Of a DNA stretch of 64,000 bases, positions 60,510 through 64,000 are shown piece by piece. The stretch is from Patescibacteria group bacterium (GTDB taxonomy: Bacteria; Patescibacteriota; Minisyncoccia; Portnoybacterales; GWB1-42-6). The number at the start of each line of letters is the position of its first letter. Within the stretch, counting starts at the first letter, position 1. The DNA is taken from NCBI GenBank assembly GCA_022709865.1, contig JAKLIA010000002.1, positions 210,183 to 274,182 of the forward strand. The letters are read 5' to 3'. Below the pieces are notes generated by a model. It worked only from the letters and a program-made list of their open reading frames with translations. It was not told the DNA's origin and made no database searches. A program made the position numbers and the translations under genes.

Positions 60510-60695
60510 AAAAATTAGCTGATGATTTTTTAGATAAAATATTTATCTGATTGATTTTGGCTTTATTTATGCGGTGTTTTTGCCTTAAATGTTTATTAAA
60601 TATAATGCATTTTATCGGCAAAGTAAAGAAAAAAAATACCCCGATTAATTAAAATCCCCGGGAGCGTTGCGCTTCCAGGGATTTGGTTGATTTTT

Positions 60696-61778
60696 TTATC
60701 TAATAAGATAGAGCTTTTTAAAAACTTCGGTGGTTTTGGGATTTTTGGCCAAGGCGATTATCGCCGTCACCACAATGAAAAACACAATTATCGGCCATCT
60801 GAAGTTTGCCATATTGGTCCACATGTTGGCCATAGTAGTATTGTTGATGCACGGCCAGGAAAAAATAATTACCACTGAAATTATCGGCCCGGCATATAAA
60901 CTTTTAATGCCAAACCTTCTGGCAACATAACCCACGCCAGAAACCGCTGAATCTATGGTGCTGGTAGCCAAGGCGACCATAATAACAAGAAAAGCTATTC
61001 CGAGCACCAAGTTCTTGCTAAAATACAAGCCGGCCAAAAAGACAAACAGCATATAGACGGCAAAGAATAACCCGCCCCAAAGAGTGATCTGAAAAATGCT
61101 TTTGGCTTTGGCATCATATTTTTGCCATTGATGGCCCGCCGCCAACGCACCGGTGATAATGCCGATAAAAGCGTAGGGCGCCCAAGCCATTCCTCCCGGC
61201 ACTGCCCAATTTAGCTGGCTATTCACCTGGCCGCTAGCCATAACAAACGAAGCTCCAGCAATAAAGATCGCTGAGACCATCTGCACGGTAAAATAACCTA
61301 GATCAGTCAGCATCAATATTTTGAGCCCGCCCTTATTCACATACCAAACGATAAATAGCCCATAAACTACGACCGCCCAAATTGCAGCCTCTCTTGGCAA
61401 GAAGCTATAAGTGATAACATCTGTTCCTCCGCCAAGACCGGTTAAAACAGCCTGCATGTTAAGGGTGATGGCAAAATATTCTATCACCGCAAAAACCAGC
61501 AGCATCAGAGTGAACTTTGGCCAATGGCGACTATCGGGTAGAAACCTCCTGACGAAACCGACCAACGGAATCGCCAAAATATTGCCCAGCATCCAAATGA
61601 GGAAAGGGGCAATCCCCTTTTTTGCCATAATGGACATACCCACCGCCATTGAAACCCCCCAACTCCAATCAGCCGCTACGCTAACTCCAACCCGCCAATC
61701 AGGAAACTTTGACAGATCGTCAACTTCTCCCTTTCTTTTGATTAAAAAGCCTATTATTTTTTCAAAGAACGCCTTCAT
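60696..61778 (-). CDS. Polytopic membrane permease (transporter, family uncertain)
   Basis: 360 aa with ~10 TM helices; embedded between NRPS/PKS genes. Confidence 0.35.
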   Translation of the reverse strand: MKAFFEKIIGFLIKRKGEVDDLSKFPDWRVGVSVAADWSWGVSMAVGMSIMAKKGIAPFLIWMLGNILAIPLVGFVRRFLPDSRHWPKFTLMLLVFAVIEYFAITLNMQAVLTGLGGGTDVITYSFLPREAAIWAVVVYGLFIVWYVNKGGLKILMLTDLGYFTVQMVSAIFIAGASFVMASGQVNSQLNWAVPGGMAWAPYAFIGIITGALAAGHQWQKYDAKAKSIFQITLWGGLFFAVYMLFVFLAGLYFSKNLVLGIAFLVIMVALATSTIDSAVSGVGYVARRFGIKSLYAGPIISVVIIFSWPCINNTTMANMWTNMANFRWPIIVFFIVVTAIIALAKNPKTTEVFKKLYLIR

Positions 61779-61867
61779 TTCTTCCTCCTTTTATGTCTAT
61801 ATTTTTAAAAAAATTGAAGATATTAAACTATACCGCCTACCTAAACACTTGGCAAGCCTAAACTAGC

Positions 61868-64000
61868 TTATCTATACTTTCCAGAAATCAGCCTCTTTCT
61901 TTCTTTTTCATTAAGCAGGTCAAAGTCCTTTATTTTTGTTTCCGGGCCATTTGCAATTTGATCTAAAATATTAGCGTAATATCCGAGCCACCTTTTGATC
62001 GTTTCCTGATAAAAAATATCGGTATTAAACTCACAGCCTAGGATCAAAGCGCTGTCATCGTCCATAATGCGAAGCTTGATGTCGAACTTAGAAGTATTAG
62101 TGGCATAAATCCTTTTCTCGACTTTTATTTTTGGCAAGTTTAACATTTTCATGTCAACCTTGTCGTTCTGCATTACCACGTTGAATATTGAATTGCGCCT
62201 AGCGCCCACAGCCGCGCCCAATTTTTCTGTTAATCGATCCAAAGGATAATCTTTATTGGCCAGGTCGTCTGAAATATTTTGCTTAACCCGGCCCAGCAAA
62301 GTTAAAAATCTTTCCTCTTCATCGAGCTTGTTCCTCGAGGCTATATTATTAAATAAGATGCCGACTGTTTTTTCCAGCTCCGGATAGTCCCGGTTAGTTG
62401 CCAAAGTGCCAAGTATAATATCGGTTTGGCCGGTTAATTTATAAATAAACACATTAAAAGCGGAAAAAAGCAAAGCAAACAAAGTAGAGCCGGTTTGGTT
62501 AGCCAATTGCCTTAGCTTGTTAACAGTCGCCCCCCTCAAAACAGACCGCTCTAATCGGCCATTATAAGTTTGGCTAGCTGGCCTAGTCTTATCCAGGGGC
62601 AAATCCAAAATTGGCAAACTGCCAGACAGCTTTTTTAACCAATATTTTTCTTGCTGCTGCATGCTTTTTTCATTATCTTCAGAACTTTCCCAGCAAGAAT
62701 AATCTTTATATTGAATTGTGTTTTGAGGTAATTTTGCCTTTTTGTTCGCCAAAAAAGAGCTGTATAATTCCGATATTTCCGCCAAAATTATATCAGCTGA
62801 TTTTCCGTCGGATATAATATGGTGCATAACCATCATTAGCGTGTGTTTTTTGGCCCCAGCCTTTATCAGCCTAAACCTGATCAGCCGGTCCGATTCCAAT
62901 TTAAAAGGCTGGTTTATTTCTTGTTGAATGATTTTTTCTTCCTTTTTATTAGTCTCCTTTTGTTTTTTACCGCTCAAATCAAGATAGATTAGATCCGGTT
63001 CCTGTTTTTCATTGACCACTTGCTTTGGCTCTCCATTTATCGCTTTAAAATTAGTGCGGAGGATTTCGTGCCTGCTGATAATATTTTTTATCGCCTCGCT
63101 TAATAAAGCGCTCTCCAACTTTCCCAACAACCGGCAAACAACAGAAATATTATAAAAAGGAGAGTTTGGCTCCATTTGGTATAAAACCCAAATGCGTTTT
63201 TGGGCATGAGACAACGGATAAAACTCGGCTTTAAAAGCCGGAGCGATAAAAACTCTTTTGTTCGATCTATTTTTTTCTATTATTTTTGCTAAAAGGTTTA
63301 TTGTTGGGTGTTCAAATAGTTTGGCCACAGGCATATTAATATTTAAAGCCTGCTTGATCTGGTTAGCTACTTGCACCAGATGCAACGAATTTCCTCCTAT
63401 CTCAAAAAAGTTGTCATTGATGCCTATATCTTTTATGCCCAAGACCTCTCGCCAGATCTTAGACAGCATTAATTCTAGCTCCGTGCCGGGAGACTTAAAC
63501 TGAATGGCTAGGTCGGGCCTAGAATGCAAAACAGGAACCGAAACAATAGGGCTAGCTTCTTTTGTTGGCTGCTCTTCCTTTTTGGCCAACCCGATTCCAG
63601 TCGCTCCTGGCCAATATCTCTGTCTCTCAAAAGGATAGGTTGGGAGAGGGAGTCTCCTTCGTCTTTCGTTCTGGTAGAGTTTAATCCAATCGATCTTGGC
63701 TCCTTTGAGCCAGAGGGAGGAGAGAAGGTTTGGGTCTTGGGTGGTCTGGGCTTGGCTGGTTGCTTGGTGGTGAGAATTGAGACTAGTAATATCTTCTTTG
63801 ACCTGGCTGGTTTTGGCTTTGTTCTTTAATCCTTTGATTGCTTCCTTCAGGTTATTCTTCACGGCTACTGCCAAGCGGTGGTTGAACTCCGCTCTCCCTA
63901 CTTGCAGGGTGTAAGCCACGTCAGCCAGGTTGAGGTTAGGGTTAGCTTCTAGATGCTTAATGAGATTTAGTCTCATCTGTTCCAGGGCGGTTTCTGTTTT
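61868..64000 (-). CDS. PKS/NRPS protein, 3' portion (post-KS linker - ACP - condensation domain); 5' part lies beyond the window end
   Basis: The open frame continues past 64000 (…KTETALEQ precedes the annotated Met and matches the KS C-terminal region of the 2044-aa protein). Contains PTYPFERQRYW, ACP motif FFEIGGNSL and C domain HHIISDGKS. Confidence 0.8.
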   Translation of the reverse strand, partial: KTETALEQMRLNLIKHLEANPNLNLADVAYTLQVGRAEFNHRLAVAVKNNLKEAIKGLKNKAKTSQVKEDITSLNSHHQATSQAQTTQDPNLLSSLWLKGAKIDWIKLYQNERRRRLPLPTYPFERQRYWPGATGIGLAKKEEQPTKEASPIVSVPVLHSRPDLAIQFKSPGTELELMLSKIWREVLGIKDIGINDNFFEIGGNSLHLVQVANQIKQALNINMPVAKLFEHPTINLLAKIIEKNRSNKRVFIAPAFKAEFYPLSHAQKRIWVLYQMEPNSPFYNISVVCRLLGKLESALLSEAIKNIISRHEILRTNFKAINGEPKQVVNEKQEPDLIYLDLSGKKQKETNKKEEKIIQQEINQPFKLESDRLIRFRLIKAGAKKHTLMMVMHHIISDGKSADIILAEISELYSSFLANKKAKLPQNTIQYKDYSCWESSEDNEKSMQQQEKYWLKKLSGSLPILDLPLDKTRPASQTYNGRLERSVLRGATVNKLRQLANQTGSTLFALLFSAFNVFIYKLTGQTDIILGTLATNRDYPELEKTVGILFNNIASRNKLDEEERFLTLLGRVKQNISDDLANKDYPLDRLTEKLGAAVGARRNSIFNVVMQNDKVDMKMLNLPKIKVEKRIYATNTSKFDIKLRIMDDDSALILGCEFNTDIFYQETIKRWLGYYANILDQIANGPETKIKDFDLLNEKERKRLISGKYR
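63610..64000. repeat. Second copy of the post-KS repeat
   Basis: See 56850-57245; the two copies were aligned by eye on the sequence. Confidence 0.8.

Overview
The window is a 64 kb, AT-rich, very compact bacterial locus. Almost every gene is on the minus strand; only a lnt-like gene is on the plus strand. Gene content suggests, without proving, a streamlined Patescibacteria/CPR-like genome: gatC-gatA, a short nusG-secE-rplK block not followed by rplA, and many type IV pilus/competence genes.

From left to right the window contains:
(1) A thymidylate/nucleotide block: glyA (3' end truncated by the window edge), a P-loop kinase, a long tandem ThyX-like protein, tmk and dCMP deaminase.
(2) rplK-nusG-secE and gyrB.
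(3) A tRNA cluster on the minus strand: tRNA-Asp, a CAU-anticodon tRNA, and a non-canonical CAU tRNA-like element. Next to it is a GC-rich palindrome flanked by 19-bp copies of the tRNA-Asp 3' end.
(4) gatCA, a Zn-dependent alcohol dehydrogenase, and an isoprenoid cluster: polyprenyl synthase, two SPASM radical SAM enzymes and a UbiA prenyltransferase fusion.
(5) ligA.
(6) A minor-pilin operon headed by a secreted protein with a thrombospondin type-1 repeat, then a lipase, lnt and pilD.
(7) pilA, pilC, pilT, a pilin, pilB and pilMNO(P).
(8) The most unusual part, a ~29 kb co-directional super-cluster. It holds 10 radical SAM (PqqE/anSME-like SPASM/twitch) genes interleaved with an A24 CpaA/TadV-like peptidase fusion, a GT-C and a GT4 glycosyltransferase and several hypothetical proteins. 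These are followed by an Sfp-type PPTase, a DegT aminotransferase and a hybrid AT-less PKS/NRPS (KS-KR-MT-ACP-C; A-PCP; [KS]-ACP-C) that runs past the window end. Near-identical repeats link the two PKS modules, and two of the radical SAM genes are a recent tandem duplication.
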